Positions 38,701-53,289 of a stretch of 64,000 bases of DNA are shown here, piece after piece (the stretch's first letter is position 1; every line of letters starts with the position of its first letter). This DNA is from Intoshia linei. Its lineage: Eukaryota > Animalia > Orthonectida. A program made the translations under genes and the position numbers. Location of the stretch: assembly GCA_001642005.1 (NCBI GenBank), contig LWCA01000018.1, positions 18,488 through 82,487 of the forward strand, given 5' to 3'. The notes below the pieces were generated by a model. That model was given only the letters and a program-made list of their open reading frames with translations, had not been told where the DNA came from and did not search any database.

Positions 38701-41700
38701 CATTTTGTCAAATCGGACTTAAACTATCTCAATGTCAAAGTAAATTTTTTACGGCCGTAGTATCAACTAGTAAAGTAGCTTTGCCAGTGAATTGGTGGAA
38801 AGGTTGTGCACCCTGTAATAGAGCATGGCTTCTCAAACTAGGAATCTATTTAGTTTACATACATTATCTATTGTTATGAATATTTGTTGATACAAATGTA
38901 AAATAATTAAAATTACTTGTCTTGGAGTTGATAAATATTTCTTGAATTTGTTAAATTTTTTAAGGCTTGAATGGAAGAAGACAATTTGTGTCTACTTTTG
39001 GAGTTGCTATTTCGGCGACTTAGACTATTTTTGTTTAATGTAGCAAAGTCAGTATTCAAATTAACATAATTGACTTCATCAAAGTAATTTGTACAAATTT
39101 GCTGCCCTGTAGTAATACCCGTATTAACTTGATTAGAATAGCACAATTTTTGAAGTAAAGAATGTTTTGATCCAGAAACACAGAGAACGGAAATTATAAT
39201 TATTATAATCATAATAAAGATTAATGCAATAATAACCATAAACCACCATTTCATGTAAATTGGTTCATATTTCCAATTTTCAATGCTAATAAAAGACGAA
39301 GGAGAGCTCGGGTACCCTATTCCGTGCACATTCATCGGTACTATTCGTATTCTAAAATCAGTTTCAGGTGAGATTTCTTTCTTTGCTATCGATATATTCA
39401 TTATATTGGCATTTGTTGTTCGTAAAGATATCCATTTATCTAAATTTTTTGAGAATCAGTTAATTAAATGTCGGTTTAAAAGTTAACCTTAGCTACCTAT
39501 TTTTAATTTTGAAATTTTTTAACATGTGTAAATACTCAACTTTAATTTAACAATATAATGTGAAATGACCGGTCCATGGTCAAACACGTTTAGGGATCAC
39601 TACTTTAAAGGGTTCGTAAAATTTTTTGATACAATTTTAATAAGTACGGCCTTGTCAGATCTAGTAACTGTTTATGCAAAGTAGTGTATTCAACTTTTTT
39701 CTCAGTACTTTTTAATAAACTTTAAATATTTTACTGAAATTTTGCAGAATTGCTAGATGTTGGGATTTTATACCAAAGCCTAGACAACCGCTACATTATT
39801 ATTTCAAAAATCCCACTTTTATCCCGGAATCAATAAAATTTAATAATATTTAATAAAAATACAATTTCAATCTTTAGGGAAAATCCCCTTTTTCAAAATT
39901 TTTTTTTAAAATAAACTTAATCCAACCCAAAATAAAAAATCAAATTTTACCAACTCTTAAATGAAGAATCTGATTTTACTAAATCTTATGAGAAAACCTC
40001 TTATTCCATCCCCAAAATAAAAATTCAATTACCTACTTTTATGGGAAAAATCCTCTTTTTCCAATACTTTTTAGAAAAACACGATTTATCAAATGTTATG
40101 AGTCATAACAACAACTTATGACAAAAAAAACCAATTATTTCAACACAAAATAAAAAATCAGATTTTACCAAACCCTTCGAGGATTGTCGAACATACTCTA
40201 CCGAGTCTCCTTCCATAGAGAATTTATCGACATTTTTGTAAAATTGGTGTCTCATTTTTCAAAATTGAACATTATGATAATTTATAAATATAATAAATAA
40301 TTATAAATTGTATATTGGGATTATTATCTAATTGTTTGTGATGTAATGTAAATTTTAACAAAATACTTTTTACTGAGTTTTTTTAAAGGTACTTAAGTAG
40401 TGCTTGCGCTCGAGAAATTTCGAAAATTTAAATATTCTTAAATTTAAAATTATATTTGAAAATTTCTAAAATGTAGATAGTTATACATGCAAATTGTTGT
40501 ATGAATGCAAAAATAAAATCTTCAGAAAATAATCATTTTTAATTTTCGCTAATAAATGTAAGTGTGTACAAACAAAATAATTTCAGTTATTACAATAAAA
40601 AAACAACATTAAATTTTACGGTAATTCAATTCAGTTGTATGATTTAATTTATTAATTTGGTATTAGATTGTTTCTCTTTAAGATTACCGTTATTTTCTAC
40701 GAACATTTATAGGAATATTTTTAGTGAGAAAACTATAAGGCAAAATGCTCTATTTGGGGTACCATGATGAATTATAAAAATTCTTCTACACCTGGTTTAC
40801 ATCGTCACTTAACACGCGTACATTTTATGATCAAATCATTGGGTGAGCCTGTAAATAAAAAACAAACATAATTATTCTTCCATAATTAAAAATGTTTATT
40901 ATATTACTAACAGTATGAGTTAATATTTTTTTCGAGAATTCTCGAGAAATTGCAAGCACTATACTTAAGTATTTACAAAGTTTTGAAAATTTAAAAAGTA
41001 CTTAGTTGTACTGTGCTGGGTTAAAAAAACTAAGTTGAACACATTAGTACAACGTACATAACAGTAAAGCTAGTGTACTAATAAATAAAAAATTACGAAA
41101 TTTTTCCTGTAATTGCACAATAACTTGGTTAGACGGATCGGTAATATTATTTAAACTCAAGCCTGGAGTTTTATTCCAATTGATCAATAATCCTTCATAA
41201 ACATCATTAACGACAATATCATTTTCAACTTTGAAAACATTCTCAGAATAATCCATATTAAAACGAATAGTAAATTTTTCACCCAATCCAATTCTCGTCT
41301 CTGCAGTAATAGAGACATCATACAAACTATGAATTTTCCCTTCATAAAGTTGATAAAGACAATTGAAAAGAAGACTATCATTAAGATTAATCGTGTACTT
41401 AACAATATGCTCCTCTTTAACTTGCAATTCAACATATTCAACCAAATATGATTTAATAATTCCATTTGCTTTACGCGGTGCGCACCAAGTTACATTAATT
41501 TTAGTAACATCGTACATGAATATTTGAAAATTCTCAACTAATCCCGGTGTAGATTCCAACGTAGTTATATTTGTCTGCATAACAATATCTGACATTTCAA
41601 CTAAACCAACACGTTTAACAATAATATTATACTTTGTAAAAGGTAATAAATCTGACAGGAAAAAAAAATTGAAATTTCTGGAAACGTTATAAACTTTGAC

Positions 41701-44700
41701 TGTATTACGTGATTCACGACCCTCTTTAACTACATAAATTTGGTGTCCAATAAAAGAAAAGTAATCAAATTTTTGTGAATCAAAATTATCCCATCCGAGA
41801 CTAGCATTACAAGATTGAACATTGTGTACCTTTAAATCCGTGTACATTTTTGCAACAGGTAAATAACCTACAAAAACATTTCTAAAGTCGCCTACTACCC
41901 CGTCGCCATATTTATTGACAAAAAGAGCACAAAATCGATACCACCTTTTTGATAAATCATGGACAGTGACAATTAAACTTGATTTTACAGTCTTGTTATT
42001 ATAATGAGAAAATTGATAAACATTATTATTATTATTTACATATGTATACAACACCTTAATAAAATAATGATGCAGATTCCATGGAGCTGCTACAGGAGGT
42101 TTTATTTCCACACTGACTGAATTTTTAGTGAGAATTTCAATGTTTAATATTATTGGCACACCGGTTGGCGGGGATCCCGGAATATCAATAATACTTGTCG
42201 GTTTACTAAAAGATGAATTATGTAAATCACCACACGCCATTAAAGCACACTTGTACCTTCCGAAATAAGGTAAACTTAAATTTGCAGAATTGGCATTTTT
42301 ATCAACAATAAAAGAAACAGTTTTAAAAACACTTACATTCTCTGAAACGCGTAAATCAACAGATTTAAATAGAACGGGCCAACAATCTACAAAAAAATAT
42401 CGCACATTATTATAATATATTGTATTTCGGTAGTTATACCCGGTAAAATTCAACTTGACCATGTTGAATTCCCATTTCAAGATACCTACACCAACAGTGT
42501 TATCATAATGAAAATTGACATTAAAGGGCGCGTCTACCACATGACACGTGTCAGACTGAGATGTAATTAATGGTAAATTTACAATTTGTGATCCAAATTG
42601 AATATTAAAATTGTACAAACTATCTGGAATTGTGTGCATTACTGTATGACAAAACGTCTTGACTGGTCTAATAATTATACTCTGATTGTGTGTTTTTAAT
42701 CCAACATTTTGTAAAGTATTTCGGTATTCAAACCAAAATTTTTTCAAATGTTTTAATAAATTAAAAGAAATTTTAACAGTTAAATTTTGATTCAAGAAAT
42801 TTAAATGAATAAAATTAAAAATATTAAATTTTAAACATAAAATCGAAAATTTACTAGATATCTGAGTAAAATGAGCATATTCCAAATCAATATGAAAATT
42901 TGGTTTTGTTTTAATCCTTAAACCACGAGAATCGTTGGAATTAACAAAATAAACTCCCCAACAAGTAAAAGGTAAAATTTTGACAAAATAATCTAGAGAC
43001 GGTTCCAAATTTGTTAAATTTGCATACCGATCTCTGACAACAATTTCAGTTAACCCTAGAGAATCCTTGGCCATAACTTGAACCTTATACCCGATAATTT
43101 GTCCATTTTTATCCTTTTTATTCAATTCCATCCAATGTACATAAATTGAATTAAAAGTAGATTCAAATTTGTCAATTTCATTCCTTTGAGCGGGTACACC
43201 TTGCAAAGTGTCCGTACAAGCATAATTACCGTCCACTTGAGCACTTCCCCATTTATTCCACAAACTAACTTTGAAACAATAATGACTCATCGACTCAACT
43301 TTGACATCTACAAACGAAGTAATACTACTAACGGTTAAATTTCCCATAAATACGGCAACATTGTCAATAATTTTACTTGTATATACGGTATAATAAACGA
43401 TTTCATCATTCCAACCATACCTATGTAAATTGTCCCAGATTACCCTTACAAATTTGCCATAAACTTGAAAATTTACATGAACACGTACATTCAAGTTTGA
43501 ATTGTAGGGTTTGGAACCCAGTGTGTTTTTGCACAAAAATTCAGACGGTTCACTAGACGAAAAAACACTGACAGCAGATAATTTAAAACAGTAATTGTGA
43601 AATGGGCGTAAATTGTCAACTTTGACATACCGTTCTGTATTTTCGATAAATTTTTCAATAGGCTCAAAATTTTCACTAAAAATGGACCAACTAAGACCCT
43701 GAATTGGAGAATTTTCATTTATTCCAAAATCAAAAACATGATTAAAAATTAAGGCAGAATGGTAATGAATTTTATAATATTTAATCCTTGAATTGCCATC
43801 AAAATTCGGAATAAAAGTCAAAATCATACAAGTTGAATTTAAACTAGTTATATTCAAAAATTTTGGAATTCCCGGTGTAAAAGGCGTGGAGCCAGTTTCA
43901 GTTTCCATAATTTCAACTGGACTGTACCCAGCTGTAGTTTTAGCTGAAATTTTGACAGTGTACCTAGTTTTCGGTTTCAATTTATCAATTTTTAAAAAAA
44001 ATGTTGAATCAGACACTATAAAATTTTGATTTTCCATATTTTTTCCTTGATTTTGGTCAAAATATTCAATTTTATAATTTAACAAATTTCCATTAATTGC
44101 GGAAGGACGACTCCATGTTACAATAAATGACGTATTGAGAATATCTTTGATTTTTAAATTTTTTACTTTTGATGGAATGTCACTTTTCGTGACAATTTTG
44201 TAAACTTTAGAATATGGACCCGAACCAATCTTAGTATATACCCTGATTGAAAATAAATAATTTGTAAATTTTGATAAATTTTTCAATTCCTTAAAATATG
44301 TTGAATCGTAATTAATTAAAAGATTTTTAACGGGAATTTTCACAGTTTTGAAATTTTGAATATTCTTGTTATTTAGATTTGAAAAATTGGTAATTTCATG
44401 ACAAGATTTACAATATACAATTTCATAATATTGAGCAATACCCTTAAGATTATCACTATGCATTTGCTTCCATTTTATTCCAACAGATGTAGATGACATT
44501 GCTTCAATTTTAACAATAACGGGCGGTTCAATAGGAATTCCTTCCAAAGTGCTCACATTCATCATCTCGGAATAAACTCCTGTACCCTTTTCATTATACG
44601 CTGCAATTTGTACATCATATGCAGTAAAAACAATCAAATTCACAATAGTGTACTGCTTGGTTGCCACATCATTGACGTTTATAAATTTCCAAGTCAAATC

Positions 44701-47700
44701 AGAATAACCGCCAAGTTTATACCTAATATTATGACCCAGAAGCTTACCATTCCAAAAATATTCATCTGGTGCATCCCAGTAAACTGTAATTGACGTGTTT
44801 GTAAAGGATTTCATTTTAATATTGATTGGCGCATGGCTTGGCGGTTGAGCCGGAATAATCATTTCCTTGGAAGATTCACTTAACGGTCCTTTTCCAATAG
44901 AATTCACCGACCTGATGGAAAAAATGTAACGTGAAGACGGATGTACATTTTTCATAAGATAAGAGTTTCTATAAGCTTCAATTTCATTCAACAATTTCCA
45001 ATCACCGTCCTCAGTTTTATTTTTAAAAAATATTTCATAATTAAGTATATCACTGTTACCATCAAACCCTGGTACCCACCTGAATTTTATTCCATAATTG
45101 ACATTAATTTTTTGTAACGAAATGCTCGTGATTTCAGGCGGTCTAGGAGTTTCCAACATTCTCAAATAAGCACTAGATTTCATTTTACCCAGTTGAGATT
45201 CAATTTGACATGTGTACAATCCAATGTCATCATATCGAACAGAATTTATACATACAGTTCCATTTTCATAAAATTTAAATCTATCAATATTAACATTACC
45301 GTTAGAGTCGTACAGTAAAGAATCATCATGATACCAACGTCTATTTATCAAAACACTTGAATCGTGCTGAACTAAACAATGAAACCAAGCTTTCGAACCT
45401 TTGATAACGTTTTTATTCTGAGGAGTCTGAATAAATGAAGTTGTAATCAAAAATTTTATAGTAAATGCAGTTTTAATTGATCCAATTTCATTAGTAGCTT
45501 TGCAAAAATAATCACCATTATCGTCTATTCCATTTCCATTCGCAATTTCTAGTATAGAAGAGTTTTGTGACAGTGTGAATTTAGTAGAATTTACAATTTT
45601 CATAATCGGATCCTTTTTCCACCATGTGATTTTTGGTGGAGGGTTTCCTTTTACAATGCATTTTATCTTTACAGCAAAAGAAGTACTGTATACGTTCACA
45701 TTATTAGGTTTTTCAATGAAAACAGGCTCAGATTTTGCAAAATCTACCACTATTGGAGGAGATTTTATTTTTCCAGCAATATTTTCAACAAAACATTGAT
45801 AGTAACCACTATATGATTCCGAATTATATTTAAATGAAAGAGAACCGTCTCTGTGGATGTTGTAATTATTTGCCAAGGTTTTACTGTTCATGTACCAGTG
45901 TATATCGTCTTTTTTATAATTTAAACCAGAGTTTAATGAACAATATTCCAGTTTTATTACATCTCCTTCTTTTAGTTGACTAAAATCTACTTTTCCGTTT
46001 AGTCCCAAAATTGGTTTTAATAATACAGTTAAATGGAATTTATAAATGAATGAATCGAATTTTGACAGGGTTGATGATATTTTACAATAATAGTATGAAG
46101 TATCCTCAAGTTTTACTCTTAAAAACTTTAAATGACGTCCGTATAAGGATATTTCAATGTTATCTGATGATGTCATTACTGAATCTTGATTGCATGACGA
46201 ATCATTCAAACTATAATAAAATGTATCAAATTAACAACTACAAATGTAATTAATAAATAATTATGTATATGTATAATAATGTAAAAAAATAATTATTCAT
46301 CCATTATAATGGACGTATATATCACCTTTTTCAATGTGGGCCATGAGGTTCAAGGGATATTGAAAAAATTTATATTCTGTTACTCTTAATTTTTTAATTT
46401 AAAGACGCAAAAATTTGTAATTTGAAAGTGAGCCATTCTTTGTCATAAATTAAAAAAACGATAAATTTAAATTATATGTACCATATTTCTTTTTACGTTG
46501 TTTCTTATTTATATTCGTATATTTTCAGGATATTACAAAATTATTATACAAAATGTAATATTAAGGCTTAAATTAACTGTAAATTTACGTTTTAGTATTT
46601 ACTTACATATGTATGTAAAATAGTGCAAATAACCATGTTGCACGCTGTCATACGCGGATTTTAAGTCTATCTATGAGTATAAGTCTTGGATATTATTTCT
46701 TGTAGGTCACTTAACATTAAAATTGAAATATTTTATTTGCAATTATTATTAATTATTTTCTAAAGAAAAAACACCATCAACCCAAAACAAAACAAAAAAA
46801 TCCACGATCACTAACCCTAAAGGTAAAATCCCTTTTTCTAATTTTGTTTAAAAAATAAAATTTCACCAAATCTAAGGAAAAACCATTTAATCCAAACCAA
46901 AAAGAAAAAATCCACTTTTTCAAATTTTTTTTGAAAATTGCGATTTTACCAAACCATCCGAGAAAATACCTCTTAATTCAACCCTAAAATAAAAGGTTGA
47001 ATTTAATAAAATAAATTTAAAAAACATACATTATTAATATAGAATGCGTTTTAAAATTATTAACATTAGCGTAAACCTCAGCCTCAAAAAATAAGGATGA
47101 AAATGTTACAGATGTAAAATGTTGTTACGAGAGACAGCGACTGTTGTACCGGAACAGCAAGGCTATTTTACCAGTATTCTATTTCATATATTATATCAAA
47201 TTTCAGCATATATAAAATGAAAATATCACTAAAACCTTTTTAAAGATAAGATTCAGAAAAAAAATTATTTTAAAAGAAATTATATTTTATAATCCGTGGT
47301 GCACAGAGTGGTATTCACTCGGAAGCGCCATTAAATGTTAGGACTTGATTTAAGTAAATAATTTTTGATTTATGATGGAATGTTGTATAAAGTAGCCTTT
47401 GGTCAACACCTGAAATTCCACTAGAAAATTATATTTTTCAGTTCATAAAAATCATGCGACCTATACTATACTATTGGGAGAGCCCACCATTAGAAACGCC
47501 GCGCTAATGTACAAAATATATTTATTTATAATTATTAGTTTTATAAAAATTAAATGTGAAATATTACCATTTGAACCATTCGATAGATAAATCATCAGAT
47601 TGAAAATGATGAATAATACAATCAAATACAGCCATAGAATGAGCTGCAATGTGTAGGTTTTGAGGTTTTTCTAAAATGAGTGGTTTTTTCTGAAATTCAT

Positions 47701-48403
47701 GATCAGTATTCTCCACCATAACATTAAATTTAACAATTGGAGACTGTTGATTATCATAAATGTGAACAATTAAAGATAATTTCGCTACAAAGGTACTAGG
47801 ATACAAAGTATTGAGAATAATGATAGTTTTTTTATTTTGACTAAAAGAATAATTGACAGATTCACTAATAAGATGAATTCTATTTTTAGAATCAATTTGT
47901 TTATACCAAGAAATATTGGGATATGGATAAGCGGAAAAATCAGGCAATGTCAAATAAGAATAACTACCTTTGGTAGTAGTTAAATTGAACTCACTTGTCA
48001 AGTTAACCGATAAATGATAAATATTTAAAATTGCATCATTGCTAATTATAGAGCCAAAATCATCTGAAGCTATACAACGATATATTCCACCATCCACAAT
48101 TTCAATGTTTGACAATTTAAGTCCTCTGTTGGTAGATTTAGCAATAAATTTTCCATTCTTTAACCAACTATACGTGACTTGTTCATGTTCAGAAGATTTG
48201 GCAAAGCAATCGAAAAATTTCCGATTTCCAATATACTCTGCGCTAAATTTAGGTGGTTCTGTGATGAATCGCAACGTGCCGTATTTGAATTCTAAAGATT
48301 CATTATTTTTAATTAATTTTTATGTACCTGCCAGTACTGAATTAATTACAGATAGTAACAGCAATGTGGACATAATCAGCTTTAGCTGTATCAGAATTAT
48401 CAT
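35760..48403 (-). CDS. sdk: Sidekick-like Ig/FN3 cell-adhesion molecule
   Basis: Signal-peptide exon 48328-48403; Ig exon 47568-48291; giant exon 41097-46210 with Ig domains and many FN3 repeats (PGFDGNS, NGKLLG, AAYNEKGTGVYS); TM exon 38917-39439 EPIYMKWWFMVIIAL resembling Sdk PFYEEWWFLVV; tail RDPLPG. Confidence 0.88.
36059..36671. mobile_element. Composite hAT MITE, family 'CAGAGGTGG', in an sdk intron
   Basis: Ends cagaggtggggaa / ttccccatctgtg; internal 36150-36480 segment recurs at ~63033-63440. Confidence 0.7.
39780..40180. repeat. Inverted copy of the 32740-33110 repeat module
   Basis: aatcccacttttatcccggaatcaataaaatttaataatatttaataaaaat is nearly the reverse complement of ~33030-33085, followed by degenerate tandem units. 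Confidence 0.75.
40398..40961. mobile_element. hAT MITE with perfect 8-bp TSD in an sdk intron
   Basis: TAGTGCTTGC ... GCAAGCACTA; TSD tacttaag at 40390-40397 and 40962-40969; subterminal TCGAGAA repeats; partial copy at ~20297-20530. Confidence 0.88.
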
Positions 48404-51025
48404 TGTTGATTTAAAACTACATTTAAAATCAATACCATTAAATATAAATTTTATTTTAAACTATTATAATTTGTAATAATAAAGTTATTGGAGATATTTA
48501 TATCGTTTACAGCAAATAATTTAAGCATAACGGATGCACCACAGAGTTTTTGTATTATAGAGATTAAGTGCTATGAATTACTACTGATGAGAATTAAATC
48601 CTTTGTTATTTAAATTGTGTGGTGCTTTTCCTAGTTACAAAAAATTACAATTAATTATTTGTTTTAATTATTAATCATTTATCAGCTTAACTAAGCATAG
48701 CTAAACTTTAGTGGATTTACACAAGTATAGAATTTAAAATAAATGATACATAATGGATTCATTTGTTTATTATTTTCATTCACTCTAATTTAAATTTTAA
48801 ATGATCATCTATAGTTTCATACATGAACTGATTGGAGGATAACTGATTAGTAATTACTATAAACGGCATATAATAATAAGATGATATGAATTATTACAAT
48901 TACAATTACAAGGGATCAACTAAATTTGCGGCAAAGTCCTTTCGAGTTAATTAATTTAAAAGTTTTCAGGGTAAACAAAATTTTATAAGGATTATGACCA
49001 GACAATGGACAGGTCTAGGGACCCTATGATGTATCATATCTAATAAATATTATTATAAATAAATAACGTAATGTTAGAAACAATTTTCATAATGTAGGGA
49101 AAAATTTTTTTACAAAGGACTGATAAAAAAATGAACGACTACACGCGCTTGATTGAAATGCATATAGAAACAATCACAATTTATTAATGTGTATTAATAA
49201 TAACAAAATACAATAAAAAATTGCTTTGATGATGAGATGGGTTTGTAGTGGAGGCAGATAGTGTAGATCAGAGAGAGAAGAAGACAGAATGAAAGAAATA
49301 CTATATTAAACCTTTGATATATTTTTAAAAAGTCGTCGTCTGCCGAGACGACAATTATTACACTTACCATCCAATTCCAAAGTAATCACATTTCATTCTA
49401 AAAATTTAAAACAAAAATCGTAAAATATACAAAAATGAAAAAATTTTCTGCACCAATTGTAACGTTGTAAACTAAATTTTGGTCTAAAATGAACACTAAA
49501 CATTTCATAAACAAAATTATGTATTAAAATTTACATTTTAGTTTTAAATTTTATTTTCTATGCATAATTTTAATGTCTTTAAAATTGAAAACAATTTTTT
49601 ACAATTGACAATATTAAAAACTATCAATTATGATATTTACATACTTGCTTTGTTAATGATCAATTTTTTTTTGGTTTATTCTCACAATTTCAAGGTATTT
49701 TTAGAGTTCAGTATACAGTACTAGTATGTGGTACAACTGCGAGCCAAATTTAACGGTAAAATTTGGATTATTGTGATGCGTTATAAAAGTGAAAGTCCTT
49801 TCTTTTTTTTTATATTTGTAAATATAAATACGTAGAATTTTAACGGTGACACATTTTATCGTTTTATTTTGATTTTTTTTAAAAAAGGTTTCCTTTATTT
49901 TATTTATTTTTAAAATCACTTGAAATTTAATAAAAAACATTTTAAAAAATTATTTATCATCAAATTTTATACTAGATGATTTATTTAAGAGCCATAAATA
50001 AACCAACCCTCAAGGAAAATTTCAGTTTTATCAAGCCTTTAGGGAAATTTCTTTTTAGGTTCGTAAAACTATAATTTTTCCTAAAGGGTTGATAAAACTG
50101 GATTTTTTTTCTAGGATTGGTAAAACTAGAATTTTCCCTAAGGATGAAGATGGTAAATTTTGATTTTTACTAAAAATGGTTGGATTTATGAAATTTTAGT
50201 AAACATTTTGAATCATTGGATGTGAAACCGTTAAAGTAATTTTGTAATTATTTTAAATTTTCAAAATCCATACCAGAAAATTGATTAATAAATACTGAAA
50301 CTCGGTAAACTCACGTCGGGTCGTATTGTAGAAATATGGTTTATATTATTAATTGCATTTAGATTGTTGCAATTGTCCTATATGTGGTATTTTATATCAT
50401 TATATCCCATATTGTCGTCAAAGGTAATATATTGACATTTTCAATGATTTTTGTACATTTGTATGATAACATGAATTATTCATTTAGAAGAAATTTTAAT
50501 TTTTAAAAATCTGGGAATACAAATTGAAAAGCATTATATTTTTGGTTCAAATTGTATTGATTTTCATAATATTATGCATATTGTAGATGTATCCATTATT
50601 TGTTCTATTAGTTGGGTAATTTTTTATTCATTTAAATGTACATTTAGTGCAGTCAGTTTAAGGGTACTTAAGGTTTTTCGGGCAATATGAACATGAACCA
50701 TAATAATGTAATGTGATGACGCAAATTATTGAAAATTGTCCTGTTCATATTATTCCTATATTCAAAACAATGTTTAATATTCATATAAAAAATAATTTGA
50801 AAATTTTTAATTTTTTTGGCTTAGAAAAATAATTTTCTTGGAATAATTTTATCCTAACCCGTTTAAAAAATGCAAGCTTGTAATGTCTCCCACAAAGTCA
50901 GCCTCCCGAAGGAAATTTTAAAAAAAAGACTTTAAAGTTAATGTTTAACAGGTGATTTTACTACCGGAGTCGAATTCAAAAGTCAAACTTTAAAACGAAT
51001 ATTATTATTACACTTTAGTTTAGAC

Positions 51026-51395
51026 CAGAGGTAGGAAGCATTTACTCTTCAAAGTCCGCACTAACGCTCAAAAAAATTTAATAAGGCCGCATCCTTCTAA
51101 ATAAAATTTAATCAAATACAGCAATTTTTCATGGCGTTGAATACGAAAATTTTAGATGATTGTATGAATGAATGATAAATTTTTAGCATATTTTATTCAA
51201 TTTAGTAAAATCTTATGAGAAAAAACCAAAATTTTACCAACCCTTATCAAAAAAATCGCCTGTTATTGAATATTGTTTTGAAAAATCCCATTTTACCAAC
51301 CCTTAAGAAATAACCGCTAATACCAATATTTTAAAAATAATTTTAAATGAAAAATAATTAAAATTGTTTAGAAGGGCGCACTTTGCCCACCTCTG
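51026..51395. mobile_element. hAT MITE, family 'CAGAGGTGG'
   Basis: cagaggtaggaag ... ttgcccacctctg; TSD gtttagac / gtttagat. Confidence 0.82.
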
Positions 51396-52000
51396 GTTTA
51401 GATATACTAAACTTTAGTTATACATTTTAGTTAAAAGTGATATATTACACTGGATTGGTTATAAAAGATTTTTCATCTCAAAACAAGTCAACATTAGAAA
51501 CTCATCGTGTTATTCCAATTATTGTTTCGGTATGAATAAATAGTCAAAATCAACAAATATGAGAATCCTATAAAAATTTTAATTAAAATTTAATGATTCT
51601 ATTTAGTTTGGAAAATATTCTCTAAAAAAACAAAAAAAATTACTAAAAATTATTAAATCTATTATTAGCATTAAACTTTGTTTATACATGTGTAAAATGT
51701 CATTGCTCGATACTACTTGTACTAAAGTATATTAAACTTATGACAAAAAATTTAAATTTAGATTCTACTTCCTAGTAACTAGGACCTAGTCAGTTTATAT
51801 TAAAACAATTATTACAATGAGAATTTTGAAGTGAAAAATAATATCCATTTTACATTTTTAATAAATCCCTTTAAAACTTACAAAATGTAATATCCAATAT
51901 TGATTATACAAATGTATTTTCAATTTGTTTATATCAAATTTGGTAAGAGACAAAACAAAATTAGCTTATAAATTAATTTGTCGTCATACATTTAATAATA

Positions 52001-53175
52001 ATGGAAGCTAAGGCGGTAAATAGGATTCGAGGGGAAGAAGCCAGTTCAAATGCTAATAAAAGTAGAGGAAGTATTAACAAAATAATATCAACATACACTT
52101 CAGAAAGAGAAAATAGTACCGTCAATCGATGTTTGGGCGGTTCAGCTCAGGTAAATTTCAAAACATTACACTAAACCAGTGACTTTCAACCGGTGTGTCG
52201 TGACACTTTTGTGTGTCACCAAACTTAAAATTTTATTTAATTTTTTTTGTAAATTCCATTTACAGACAATAAAATTGGAAAACGCAAATCAAAGATATTT
52301 TTAGTGATAATGATAAATTTTACATAGATTATTATTAGAAAAATATTGGTTCAACTATATTTATTAATCAATCGTTTAGTTTTTTTATTGGTTTGTCGCG
52401 AAATTTTTTGAGATGGAAGAATGTGTCGCCAACCAAAAATGGTTGGAAAGGACTGCACTAAAATCTATTACATAAATAGACATTGAATTAAATAGTAACA
52501 GGAAAAATTTAGGAAAATCGAAACAAAGCGAATGGAAGTATGCAACATATAATGACACAAAATGGTTCAAATTACCAAGAAAAGGTAACAACCAACACGA
52601 CCAGCAAACGACCAAACGAAAATAAACAGAAATCTAACGTAGATTTCATATTTTCAAAGCCAAAAAACATTGAACCCTGTAAGAACGAATCAAACTATAA
52701 ATATGAATCAAGTGTAAGAAAACACGAACAAAATAAAGGAAATATGGGAGATATAATGCACAAATCAGATTCTAGACCAGTACCATCCAACGCACCCCGT
52801 GTGTCAAATTCAGGAAAAGACATTGCAAAGTTATCAGCAGGAACAATTAAACTTGGATATTCTGAAAAAGAAATTAATCAAGCACATTCAGATTTAAAAC
52901 AGCGTGTTAAACCTGAGGCTATGGATAACCAAGTAAAAAATGCAGGATGCTTGACACAACAGTTTTACAATTATAATAAATTGAAAACACAAGATGTTCA
53001 AAAACCACGTGTAAAAAATGAAGCCAAAAGTAATGCCGATCAAGCCAAAGGGACAGCACAGTATTTATTTACAAAATATGGAAAATTACCAAAAGATCCA
53101 AAACCAAAGGCAAATGTTTCTGGTGCAGGTAAACGATTTATGAAAAAAAATAAAAAAACTACAATTTTTAAATAA
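52001..53175 (+). CDS. Uncharacterised hydrophilic K/N/S-rich protein (exons 52001-52150 and 52513-53175)
   Basis: 50-codon ATG exon ending CAG|GTAAAT joins in phase to TTTAG|GAAAAT of the 211-aa ORF; no family recognised. Confidence 0.6.
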
Positions 53176-53289
53176 ATATATATTCTTCATTCAGCTAGAT
53201 TCTAGCTTTACCGATTCACTTTATCCATTATTTTTGTTTTTTTATAGATTCAATCAACTAGACATGCAACATTTAATTAACAATTTAAT

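Noticed and set aside
43491-48476. Several antisense or alternative-frame ORFs within sdk exons
   Set aside because: Short shadows of long coding exons with no independent motifs.
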